From positions 106,537-170,536 of the forward strand of contig CAWFCE010000002.1 in assembly GCA_963814275.1 (NCBI GenBank): a stretch of 64,000 nucleotides of DNA, read 5' to 3'. Numbering within the stretch: position 1 is the first letter of the stretch; every line of letters begins with the position of its first letter. Position numbers and translations under genes: made by a program. Of the stretch, positions 1 through 8,239 are shown piece after piece. This DNA is from Candidatus Parcubacteria bacterium. Lineage in GTDB: Bacteria > Patescibacteriota > Patescibacteriia > Patescibacteriales > UBA12075. Below the pieces are notes generated by a model. It ran no database searches and was not told where the DNA came from. It saw only the letters and a list, made by a program, of their open reading frames with translations.

Positions 1-398
1 ACCTGGACGAACGGGTCGTATCGGCAGCGGATCGCGCGCATCACGGCAGGTTCGTTCGAGAGATAGCTTTGCGGCACACCCGGCTCGGTCGGGCAATAAG
101 CGCAATGGCCGGGACAGGAATGCGGTTTGGTCAGGACGGCGACCGGCGCCACTCCCGATAAGGTCCGGACCGCGCGCTTGCGCAAAAGCCGTTTGACCCT
201 CTCCGCTTTGGCCGCATTTAACTTTCCCGCTTTGGCCATCAGGTTAAGCTCTTTGATGATCCGGGAATTGTCCGGTATCCGGATGCCGTATTGCCGGGCA
301 ATCCGGCGTTTATACCGCATCAGATCCGTCTGATTCGTAATATTCCGGCCCAACAGTTCGTTAATTGCCGTTTGTACGGTGTTATCCTTAATTTCCAT
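1..398 (-). CDS. Elp3-like radical SAM protein, N-terminal part (runs off the left edge)
   Basis: Manual minus-strand translation from ATG at 398: MEIKDNTVQTAINELL...VRTLSGVAPVAVLTKPHSCPGHCAYCPTEPGVPQSYLSNEPAVMRA. The CPGHCAYC radical-SAM Cys triad and flanks are typical of Elp3/tRNA-uridine acetyltransferase-like proteins. Not in the ORF track because it is truncated. Confidence 0.6.
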   Translation of the reverse strand, partial: MEIKDNTVQTAINELLGRNITNQTDLMRYKRRIARQYGIRIPDNSRIIKELNLMAKAGKLNAAKAERVKRLLRKRAVRTLSGVAPVAVLTKPHSCPGHCAYCPTEPGVPQSYLSNEPAVMRAIRCRYDPFVQ

Positions 399-526
399 TT
401 AATATTGGCTTGTTATATTAAAAATGACTTAATTATTTATGAGATTGAAATAAACATGGAAAATTGCTAATATATTGTTAGATTGGACCTAAACAGCATA
501 ACTTATTTATATATATTTTTCAAACT

Positions 527-1726
527 ATGAAAAAAGCATTACTACTCGCTTTGTTCGGGCTGCTGTTCTTATCCCTGCCGGCGGCAACCCGGGCTTACGA
601 GCTCAAAACCGCGCCGGTCGTAACGATCACCGAAGACCAGGTGATCGAAGGCAATCTATACGCGGCCGGCAATACCCTTACCGTTAACGGCACCGTTAAC
701 GGCGATGTCTTTTTGGCCGGACAGAACATCATAGTAAACGGCAAGGTCACAGGCGACGTATTCGCCGCCGGCGAGAATATAACGGTTAACAACGAAGTCG
801 GAGGCAGTGTCCGTGCCGCCGGCGCCAATATCACGATCAACAAGAATGTCGGGCATGGCGTCCAGGCCTTCGGTTCGACCGTTACCTTGTCGCCGGATGC
901 CGCGGTCGGCGGCGATTTCCTGTTTGCCGGCGCGGTCGGCAATATTCAGGGTAAGATAAGCGGTGATCTGCATGGCGGCGGGGCCACAGTCATCATTTCC
1001 GGTGAAGTGGATAAGGACGTCAAATTGCGCCTGGACGAACGGGTAGGGGAAGAGGTTCGCGGCTGGGGCCAAAAGATGGAAGCCAGCCAGCCGCTGGTCA
1101 TAACCGATACTGCCAAGGTCGGCGGTAATGTCTACTACACCGCCGGCGCCAAGGGTGAGATTGCCTCTGGCGCAGTGATCGGGGGTGAAGTCGGTTATAG
1201 CCAGACGAGCAAAGAAACGAAAAGCCGGTCCGCCTGGTCCTGGGGATGGCATTGGATATACTCGATTTTCGCTTCGCTTGTGATCGGCCTGGTTTTGATC
1301 AGCTTGTGGCGCGTGCCCGTGGTCAAACTGACCGACACTATGCTCAATCGCACCAGCGCGTCGTTCGGTTGGGGCATCGTAATGATGTTCGTTACGCCGT
1401 TCATAATCCTTTTGCTGTTGTTGACGATCATCGGCATTCCCCTGGCTGTTATCCTGGCTTTCATCTGGCTGGCAGCGATGTATATCGCGCGGACGATCGT
1501 CGGTATCCTGATCGGACGCGCCATTCTCTCCCGCCTGGGGAAAGACAGGAACGAATCGATAATCTGGGCGATGATCAGCGGTGTTGTTATCATCCAGATG
1601 GTCTCATTTTTACCCTTTATCGGCTGGCTCTTCTCCCTGGCCGCGATCTGGTGGGCCCTGGGCGGCATCTGGCTTGTATTTCTGAAGAAGGACGACGGGA
1701 AAAAGACGATAGCAAGTACTGTGTAA
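527..1726 (+). CDS. Bactofilin-like (polymer-forming cytoskeletal repeat) protein fused to a polytopic membrane domain
   Basis: N-terminal signal/TM segment. Repeated G-x-VNG-x-V-x-GDV/AAG beta-helix-like motifs cover aa 40-230, followed by 4-5 hydrophobic helices. Confidence 0.7.
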   Translation: MKKALLLALFGLLFLSLPAATRAYELKTAPVVTITEDQVIEGNLYAAGNTLTVNGTVNGDVFLAGQNIIVNGKVTGDVFAAGENITVNNEVGGSVRAAGANITINKNVGHGVQAFGSTVTLSPDAAVGGDFLFAGAVGNIQGKISGDLHGGGATVIISGEVDKDVKLRLDERVGEEVRGWGQKMEASQPLVITDTAKVGGNVYYTAGAKGEIASGAVIGGEVGYSQTSKETKSRSAWSWGWHWIYSIFASLVIGLVLISLWRVPVVKLTDTMLNRTSASFGWGIVMMFVTPFIILLLLLTIIGIPLAVILAFIWLAAMYIARTIVGILIGRAILSRLGKDRNESIIWAMISGVVIIQMVSFLPFIGWLFSLAAIWWALGGIWLVFLKKDDGKKTIASTV

Positions 1727-1914
1727 ACTAATAAGCTGTAATCAAAAAATTAAAAGGCGGCTCCAGCCTCTTGGCCAGCCGCCTTTAATACTGGCCGCAC
1801 AAAACCAGCCGATACGCTTGATATCCATAAACGAATGATTGCCATTCCGGCGTTAAATTTGCTAAAATGTTATTATGTTTAATAAATATTATAATATAAC
1901 AACATATCAATCTT

Positions 1915-3342
1915 ATGAAAATCAACCATGAAATAATCCGCGGCTACGATATCCGCGGCTATGTCGACCGCGACCTGAATCCCGAGATTGTCCAACGCCT
2001 GGGCCAGGCATACGGTACGATCATGAAAAGAAAAAATGTTGATAAGGTGGTTATCGGTATGGACTCCCGGGCGACGAGCGAAGAATACAAATTGGCCATT
2101 ACCAAAGGCCTGACCGCCACCGGACTCGATGTGATCGATGTCGGACTGACCCTGGTCGGCACGATCTATTGGGCGCAATACCATTTCGGTACCAAAGCGT
2201 CGATCATGGTTACGGCCTCGCATAATCCCAAGGAGTTCAACGGATTCAAATTCGCCAATGACTATTCCGAATCGATGATCGGCGATGGTCTGGCCAGTCT
2301 GGTCACTATTGCCGAAAAGGGTGAATTCGACCTATCGCCAAAAAAAGGTGACGTAAAAAAAATAGACATCAGGGACGTGTATTTCGATGATATCCTGAAA
2401 AGGAACCCCAATATCAAAAAAATGAAAATTGTAGTGGATGCCAGCCATGCCACGGCCGGGGCGGTCGTACCGCCGCTGCTTCTGAAAGCGGGCTGCGAAG
2501 TGGTGGAAAGCCACTGCAATCTCGACTCCAGCTTCCCGGCAGGGGTAGCAGACCCGACCGAGAATTTCGTGGCGGAACGACTGCGCGACAAGGTACTCGA
2601 GACCGGCGCCGATATCGGCTTCTCCTATGACGCCGACGGCGACCGGATCGGCATCGTGGACGAAAAAGGGACGATCATCTGGAACGATATCCTGGTCGCC
2701 TTGTTCGCGATCGATGTCCTGGATAAGCACCCGGGAGAGAAAATAATGTACAACACCCTTTGCTCCAAGGTTGTCGACGATACCATCAGGAAATACGGCG
2801 GCGAGCCGTTCATGTGGCGGACCGGCCACGGCTTCCTCAAGAAGAAGAACCAGGAGGTCAAAGCGCCGTTCATCGGCGAGCTATCCGGCCATTTCTTCTT
2901 CTCGGCCGATTTCTACAACCACGACGACGGCTGCTACGCCACCCTGCGCCTGCTCGACTATCTCTCGCGAACCGGACAAACCCTGCATCAAGCGATCAGC
3001 GCGTTACCCGAATATATTTCCAGCCCGGAAATAAAGATCTTCTGTGCCGACAGTAAAAAGGTCGCCCTGATGGAAAAGATCACCCCGCTCCTGGAAAAGG
3101 ATTTTCCACAGGCCGAAGTGATTGACGATGAAAGGGCCGGGGATGGCGTCCGTCTGGATCTGCCGGACTCGATGTTCGTGGTCCGCTATTCCCAGAATGG
3201 GCCGTATCTAACTATCAAATTCGAAGCCCGGGAGAAGGGAAAATACGATGAATTGAAAAATTACATCAGCAAACTTTTGCACCGTTTCCCGGAAATAGAA
3301 TGGGATAATGAGATCAGGGTAAATGTCGAGGCTTTGGACTAG
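1915..3342 (+). CDS. Phosphomannomutase/phosphoglucomutase (alpha-D-phosphohexomutase family)
   Basis: Active-site loop TASHNPKEFNGFK and metal loop DADGDR; 475 aa. Confidence 0.92.
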   Translation: MKINHEIIRGYDIRGYVDRDLNPEIVQRLGQAYGTIMKRKNVDKVVIGMDSRATSEEYKLAITKGLTATGLDVIDVGLTLVGTIYWAQYHFGTKASIMVTASHNPKEFNGFKFANDYSESMIGDGLASLVTIAEKGEFDLSPKKGDVKKIDIRDVYFDDILKRNPNIKKMKIVVDASHATAGAVVPPLLLKAGCEVVESHCNLDSSFPAGVADPTENFVAERLRDKVLETGADIGFSYDADGDRIGIVDEKGTIIWNDILVALFAIDVLDKHPGEKIMYNTLCSKVVDDTIRKYGGEPFMWRTGHGFLKKKNQEVKAPFIGELSGHFFFSADFYNHDDGCYATLRLLDYLSRTGQTLHQAISALPEYISSPEIKIFCADSKKVALMEKITPLLEKDFPQAEVIDDERAGDGVRLDLPDSMFVVRYSQNGPYLTIKFEAREKGKYDELKNYISKLLHRFPEIEWDNEIRVNVEALD

Positions 3343-3485
3343 AATGCAGATTACAGGAAACAGATAGCAGACAATAAAAAAATATTTGATTTTTTATTTT
3401 TTTGTGTTAACATAACTTAAATTTAAATATGCCTGGTTTAATCCGGCGTTTATAGTAAACTCTTTCATAACCAAAGGAGGATATT

Positions 3486-3749
3486 ATGCCAGCTAAAAAA
3501 AGACCTGGCGGCAAACACAGACATTTTTTTGTATTATTAACCAACGGCAATGGTAAAACCATCCTTGCCCGGACGAAAAGATGTTCCGGCTGGAAATTCG
3601 CCCAAGCCTATATCAAAGCTCATTGCCCGGAAGGTTGGAGCCCTTTGACCGATAAAAGCTCCTGGAGAGATCGAGTTGTCTTTCCCGCTAATCAATTATA
3701 CGGGAAAATGCGTATGGTCCAACGCGAACAAGGATATGTCCAACTATAA
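3486..3749 (+). CDS. Hypothetical small basic protein
   Basis: SD AAAGGAGG 5 nt before the ATG; followed by the hairpin at 3781-3810. Confidence 0.55.
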   Translation: MPAKKRPGGKHRHFFVLLTNGNGKTILARTKRCSGWKFAQAYIKAHCPEGWSPLTDKSSWRDRVVFPANQLYGKMRMVQREQGYVQL

Positions 3750-3780
3750 AACTTGTCTATAAATTATCTACAAAATCTAA

Positions 3781-3810
3781 AAACCCGGTTTTATTTTTAA
3801 AACCGGGTTT
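3781..3810 (+). terminator. Hairpin terminator after the 87-aa ORF
   Basis: aaacccggtttt-atttt-taaaaccgggttt. Confidence 0.55.
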
Positions 3811-4090
3811 ATGCTAAGATGCATATTACTTATATTCAAAAGTTATCCACAATTATAATATAATTTCAACATAAAAAATACTTATAATATTATATTTGGC
3901 TAAAATTTAAATAAATTTTTTTGTTTACTTATGTTTTATTTTACTATATAATATAAATATCAATCACAGACTGATTCCCAATGCCACCGCTGGACCGATG
4001 ATCTTTCTAACAACTTAACCTCCTTTCACAGGGATCCCGTTTTTACTGGATCCCTCTTTTCTTTTAAAAAAATCCACATATCCCATAAAA

Positions 4091-4113
4091 CCCCTCTAAA
4101 TATTTTGGAGGGG
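4091..4113 (-). terminator. Intrinsic terminator of gdh
   Basis: Minus strand reads cccctc-caaaatattta-gagggg followed by ttttat. Confidence 0.6.
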
Positions 4114-4144
4114 TTTGTCGGGTATTGGTTTAACTGTCTTTTAT

Positions 4145-5425
4145 TCAAATACCTCTAAGTTTCAGCGCCTTGACCAATTTCTCTATTGCCACAATATAGC
4201 CGGCGGTGCGCATATTAACCTGGTAGCGCTCCATCCGCTCCCAGACCCGATCGGTCGCGACCGTTATCTTGCGCTTGAGTTCGCTATTGACCCGGTCCAG
4301 ATCCCAGTAATGGTGCTGCAGATTCTGTACCCATTCGAAATACGATACTGTCACTCCGCCGGAATTGGCCAGGATATCCGGCACGACCAGTTTCTTCTTT
4401 TTATGTAGCATCTCACCGGCTTCGATCGTTACCGGCCCGTTGGCCAGTTCGAGAATAATCTCGGCTTTGATCCGGCCGGCGTTTTTTTCCGTGATCACCC
4501 CTTCAAGAGCGGCCGGCACCAAAACTTTAATCGGCAACTCGAGAAGCTTCTCATTGGTAATATTTTTCGCATTTTCGAAATCGGCTACCGCGCCGGTTTT
4601 TTCTTTGTGGGTAATAACCGCTTCAATATCGAGTCCCTTGGCGTTGTGAATCCCGCCGCGCGAATCGGATACCGCTACCACCCGATATCCGCTCCGGGAC
4701 GCGATCCGGGCGAAATTCATGCCGGCGTTGCCGAAACCCTGGACCGCGATCGTCAGACCGCTTTTCTTCTTTTTGAGCTTTTTGGCCACATTCTCGAAGA
4801 CGTAAAACCCGCCCTGCGCGGTCGCCGTATCACGGCCCAATGAACCGCCCAATTCAACCGGCTTGCCGGTCACTACGCCGGGCACGTTCCGGCCCTTGAT
4901 CCGGCTGTATTCGTCCATGAACCAGGCCATTATCTGGGCATTGGTATAGACATCCGGCGCCGGCACATCCTTGTCCGGACCGATGAATTCCGCGATCGCC
5001 CGGATATAGCCGCGCGACAGGCGCTCCAGCTCGCCCGGCGAGAGTTTTTTCGGGTCGACCGTAATACCGCCCTTGGCCCCGCCATAAGGGAGATCGGCCA
5101 CGGCGCACTTGAAAGTCATCCAAAAGGAAAGCGCTTCCACTTCGTCCAGATCGACCTGGGGATGGTAGCGCACCCCGCCCTTGAACGGCCCCAATACGTC
5201 ATTGTGCTGGATGCGGAAACCGTTGAATACTTCCAAGCTGCCATCATCCATCCGCACCGGTACGGAAACCTCGATTATCCTCTTCGGTGCGGTCAGGATC
5301 TCGGTCTCGTCATCGGTCAGGCCGATGATCTCCTTGGTCCGGTTGATAAGCCCGATCACGTCGCAGGTTTTCTTGAGCTGCAATAAGCACTGTTTGTATT
5401 GCTTAGCCATATATTTATATAACAA
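4145..5425 (-). CDS. gdhA: NAD(P)-specific glutamate dehydrogenase
   Basis: KGGVRYHPQVDLDEVEALSFWMTFKCAVADLPYGGAKGGI and the GFGNAG dinucleotide fold. Confidence 0.95.
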   Translation of the reverse strand: MLYKYMAKQYKQCLLQLKKTCDVIGLINRTKEIIGLTDDETEILTAPKRIIEVSVPVRMDDGSLEVFNGFRIQHNDVLGPFKGGVRYHPQVDLDEVEALSFWMTFKCAVADLPYGGAKGGITVDPKKLSPGELERLSRGYIRAIAEFIGPDKDVPAPDVYTNAQIMAWFMDEYSRIKGRNVPGVVTGKPVELGGSLGRDTATAQGGFYVFENVAKKLKKKKSGLTIAVQGFGNAGMNFARIASRSGYRVVAVSDSRGGIHNAKGLDIEAVITHKEKTGAVADFENAKNITNEKLLELPIKVLVPAALEGVITEKNAGRIKAEIILELANGPVTIEAGEMLHKKKKLVVPDILANSGGVTVSYFEWVQNLQHHYWDLDRVNSELKRKITVATDRVWERMERYQVNMRTAGYIVAIEKLVKALKLRGI

Positions 5426-5564
5426 ATTATTTTAAAATAAAACGCTTATTCTGATATTTAATTAAAAAGTAATAAGTAATAAGACATAAGTAATAAGTAG
5501 TTTTTCGGAATGGCCTTAATAACCCACTTATAACTTATGTCTTATTACTTATTACTAAAACGTG

Positions 5565-6548
5565 CTACTTAATACCAAGCCGTTTTTTCACGGCCTTCAG
5601 CTTACTCTCCGCCATTGGTCGCGCCCGCTTCGCTCCCTCGTCCAGAATTGCCCTTACCTCTTCATCACTAATTTTATTATACTTGGATTGGAATTCGATT
5701 AAAAATGACTTAACTTCAGCCGCCACTGCTTTTTTGAAATCACCGTAACCTTTGCCCGTGAATTCCTTTTCCAGCGACTCGACGCTTTTCCCCGTTAACA
5801 ATGACTGGATAGTGAGCAGATTTGAGATTCCCGGTTTGTCCTTAATATCGTATTTTACCTCTGTGCCGGAATCGGTCGTCGCCCGCATGATCTTTTTGGC
5901 GGCGCCATCAGGATCTTCCGTAAGCTCGATCCGATTGTACTCGCTCGCGGCGCTTTTTGACATCTTTTTCTCCGGCTCATCCAGGCCCATGATGCGCGCG
6001 CCCTGCTTCAGGAGACGCACTTCCGGCTCGGTGAAAGTCCCGCCGAATTGGTGGTTGAAGCGCCGGGCCAGGTCGCGGGTCAATTCCACGTGCTGGGTCT
6101 GGTCTTCGCCCACCGGCACGACCGCCGTATCATAAAGCAGGATATCGGCCGCCATCAGAACCGGGTAATCGAAGAGTCCGATGCTGACGTTTTCCTGGTC
6201 TTCGCCGGCTTTATCCTTGAATTGTGTCATCTTTTTGAGATCCGACAACCGCGCGACCGTATTAAAGATCCAACTGAGTTCCGCGTGCTCGCTCAGATCA
6301 GACTGCTGGAAAATTATCGAGCGTTTGGGATCGATGCCGCTCGCCAGGAACAGCTTGGCGATCTCGATGATATTCTTTTTGAGTACAGCCGGGTCCTGCT
6401 TGACGGTAATGGCATGATAATCGACCACGCAGAAAATGCAGTCAAACTCATCCTGCAAAGCGACGAACTGGGTGATCGCGCCCAGATAATTGCCGATATG
6501 CAGATTGCCGCTCGGCTGGACGCCGGAAAAAATCCTTGGTTTGTTCAT
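5565..6548 (-). CDS. trpS: Tryptophan--tRNA ligase
   Basis: N-terminal SGVQPSGNLHIGNYLGA (HIGH) and KMSKS motifs; 327 aa. Confidence 0.95.
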   Translation of the reverse strand: MNKPRIFSGVQPSGNLHIGNYLGAITQFVALQDEFDCIFCVVDYHAITVKQDPAVLKKNIIEIAKLFLASGIDPKRSIIFQQSDLSEHAELSWIFNTVARLSDLKKMTQFKDKAGEDQENVSIGLFDYPVLMAADILLYDTAVVPVGEDQTQHVELTRDLARRFNHQFGGTFTEPEVRLLKQGARIMGLDEPEKKMSKSAASEYNRIELTEDPDGAAKKIMRATTDSGTEVKYDIKDKPGISNLLTIQSLLTGKSVESLEKEFTGKGYGDFKKAVAAEVKSFLIEFQSKYNKISDEEVRAILDEGAKRARPMAESKLKAVKKRLGIK

Positions 6549-6796
6549 ATGTTTTAGAGACAGTTAGACAGTTAGCAAATAGACAGCTAGAATGCCCCGA
6601 CCATTATTTTTCTAGTTGTCTAGTTGTCTATTTACTAATTGTCTAAAATCAAATAAATAATAAAACTATATTTTATACAATTGTTTAGCTTCATGGTCAA
6701 ACGTGTTTAATATAACTATATTTTAATTAATAACAAGCTAAATAGCAAGAAATGGGCGGGCGGCTATCCGGGCTAATTCCGGATAGCCGCCGCGTT

Positions 6797-6979
6797 TTAC
6801 CAGGGGAGGAATTTACGAATGAACCAACGCCTGTGTTCGCGCCGGATAAGTTCGCGGCGCAGTTTTTTTGCCTGATTCTTCTCGACAATCCTCATTTTGG
6901 CCAATGTCGTGAGTGTTTTACCATCCCTGACCGGCCCGAGCGACCTTTCCGCCTCTTCCAGTCCACTATACTTCATCAT
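6797..6979 (-). CDS. Hypothetical 60-aa basic protein (second gene of a small two-gene operon)
   Basis: Start placed at the MMKYSG ATG pair behind AAAGGAGAG. It overlaps the upstream ORF by 14 nt. The hairpin gcggctatccgg-gctaatt-ccggatagccgc (6756-6792) follows the stop. Confidence 0.45.
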   Translation of the reverse strand: MMKYSGLEEAERSLGPVRDGKTLTTLAKMRIVEKNQAKKLRRELIRREHRRWFIRKFLPW

Positions 6980-7154
6980 CTCTCCTTTCTTTGGCGGTTC
7001 CGCTTTCGGAAATTTTATCGCCGAAAACAACAACCGGATTTCTTTTTTTGACGACTTTATTATTCCCGCCTATCGGTACTTTTTTTACAATTAATTCTTC
7101 GAACCCATCTTCCCAATTTGCAAACGGTTGTAATGTACAAATTTGACCGAACAT
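6966..7154 (-). CDS. Hypothetical 62-aa protein (first gene of the small operon)
   Basis: Very strong SD on the minus strand: aaaaGGAGGTaattATG. Confidence 0.55.
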   Translation of the reverse strand: MFGQICTLQPFANWEDGFEELIVKKVPIGGNNKVVKKRNPVVVFGDKISESGTAKERRDDEV

Positions 7155-7319
7155 AATTACCTCCTTTTCTGTTTTTGATTGTTATTTGTTTTTTGATTTA
7201 TAAAATTTTCTTCGATAATCCGTTTATTAAATAAATTTAATAGCTTATTTGATTTCTGTAATTATTTTAAATTTTAATATGTAAATTTTGCAGTAAATTT
7301 GTAAATTCGCGTGGATAAT

Positions 7320-7371
7320 AAAACCCCCGTCCTTTTGCCCATAGCTAAAACTATCGACAAAAGGACGAGGG
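7320..7371 (-). terminator. Intrinsic terminator downstream of the structured RNA
   Basis: Minus strand reads CGTCCTTTTG...CAAAAGGACG (10-bp core stem) followed by GGGGG-TTTTAT. Confidence 0.6.
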
Positions 7372-7384
7372 CTAGTTATTTATT

Positions 7385-7750
7385 TTAACCTATATATACG
7401 TTCAATCTGGTATGGAATCGACTGGATTACTAATAGCCTAATGGTTAGGCCAAAGTAATCCTGCTTTCTGCCGTCTAAAATAAAAAGCACCCCGCGGTGC
7501 CACCTCTTTAGCCTTGAGTGGGTGAAACGAAACGAAGGGTTACGTTTTCAATATTTCAAGGCCTCTCACTGACTCCGCGTCGGATATCAGTTGCCCTATG
7601 GTTACGGAGGGAGCCGGATCGCCACTCATGCAGCAGCCACCTTCCCGCCAATTGCTGGCGGGGACATATGCCCAATCCTTCGACTCGCTACGCTCGCTCA
7701 GGACAGGCCCTTTACGAGAAACGGATCGAAGGACATATGCCAAAGGTTTT
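7385..7750 (-). ncRNA. rnpB: Probable RNase P RNA (bacterial type, reduced and divergent)
   Basis: Three minus-strand blocks resemble E. coli M1 RNA. (1) GATCCGGCTCC...CCATAGGGCAAC vs AGUCCGGGCUCCAUAGGGCA. (2) TCACCCACTCAAGGCTAAAGAGG vs CCACCCGGAGCAAGGCCAAAUAGG. (3) GACGGCAGAAAGCAGGATTAC vs CACGACAGAACCCGGCUUAUC. There is also a P3-like hairpin cccgcc-agcaatt-ggcggg. No credible ORF is present. Boundaries are approximate, and the universal GGAAAGUCC is not intact. Confidence 0.5.
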
Positions 7751-7864
7751 GTAGTTGTCAAAGATAATGCTATATTATATGATTTCGTGAAGATTGTCAA
7801 ACGAAGATTGTCAAACGAAGCGAAAGGGACCTGGTCTAGCCACGCCCCCGTGCTCTTGGATGCA

Positions 7865-8041
7865 TTAGATTTTGCCCTCCAAAAACTCTTTTAAAACCAC
7901 GCAGCCCGGGAACAGATTGTGTTCTGCCGGGGCAAAAGGATTACAAGGTAGTGCCGGGTTCAAATCCGGCAAACTGACGTTTTCCGCCTCTTGGCGGCTG
8001 GGCCGACCAGCCGCATCTTCATTTAAGCTGGCGTTCTCCAT
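7865..8041 (-). CDS. Hypothetical 58-aa peptide (not in the ORF track)
   Basis: Minus strand has aGGGAGGGGAtcagaaATG. Translation: MENASLNEDAAGRPSRQEAENVSLPDLNPALPCNPFAPAEHNLFPGCVVLKEFLEGKI. Confidence 0.35.
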   Translation of the reverse strand: MENASLNEDAAGRPSRQEAENVSLPDLNPALPCNPFAPAEHNLFPGCVVLKEFLEGKI

Positions 8042-8180
8042 TTCTGATCCCCTCCCTGTCGTGTGATTGAAATTATTACAAAGACCTGTATATATTATAG
8101 CAAAAATCGTGAATATTGCCTATGATTTTGAAAAATATAATGATGTATCTTAAAAAAATTGTTTAAAAATTTATTTTAAA

Positions 8181-8231
8181 AGAATAAAACCCCGCCGCAT
8201 GCGCTTTAACTGTAGCGCACTGGGCGGGGTT
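8181..8231 (-). terminator. Intrinsic terminator of the 531-aa secreted protein gene
   Basis: aaccccgcc...ggcggggtt stem followed by a T-run on the minus strand. Confidence 0.6.
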
Positions 8232-8239
8232 ATACCGGT

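Noticed and set aside
595-1731. ORFs 595-942 (-), 656-1252 (-), 1195-1668 (-) and 1246-1731 (+)
   Set aside because: They overlap the bactofilin-like membrane protein gene, which has a signal peptide, periodic repeats and TM helices.
3843-3851. Perfect DnaA box TTATCCACA in a 395-bp AT-rich intergenic region (near-boxes at 4071-4079, 7311-7319 and 54466-54474); possible oriC
   Set aside because: There is a single perfect box plus scattered one- and two-mismatch boxes. There is no cluster, no dnaA/dnaN nearby, and no evidence of a strand-bias switch that I can evaluate. It would need GC-skew analysis of the whole replicon.
3975-4035. Tiny minus-strand ORF (about 16 codons, TTG start) behind GAAAGGAGGT and a gggatcc hairpin
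   Set aside because: It is too short, has a non-ATG start 4 nt from the SD, and has no downstream gene. It is more likely a chance match in the gdh downstream region.
7518-7894. Track ORFs 7518-7754 (+), 7540-7800 (-) and 7598-7894 (+)
   Set aside because: They overlap the structured RNA region (probable RNase P RNA), have no SD, and contain repeat-word-derived peptide sequence.
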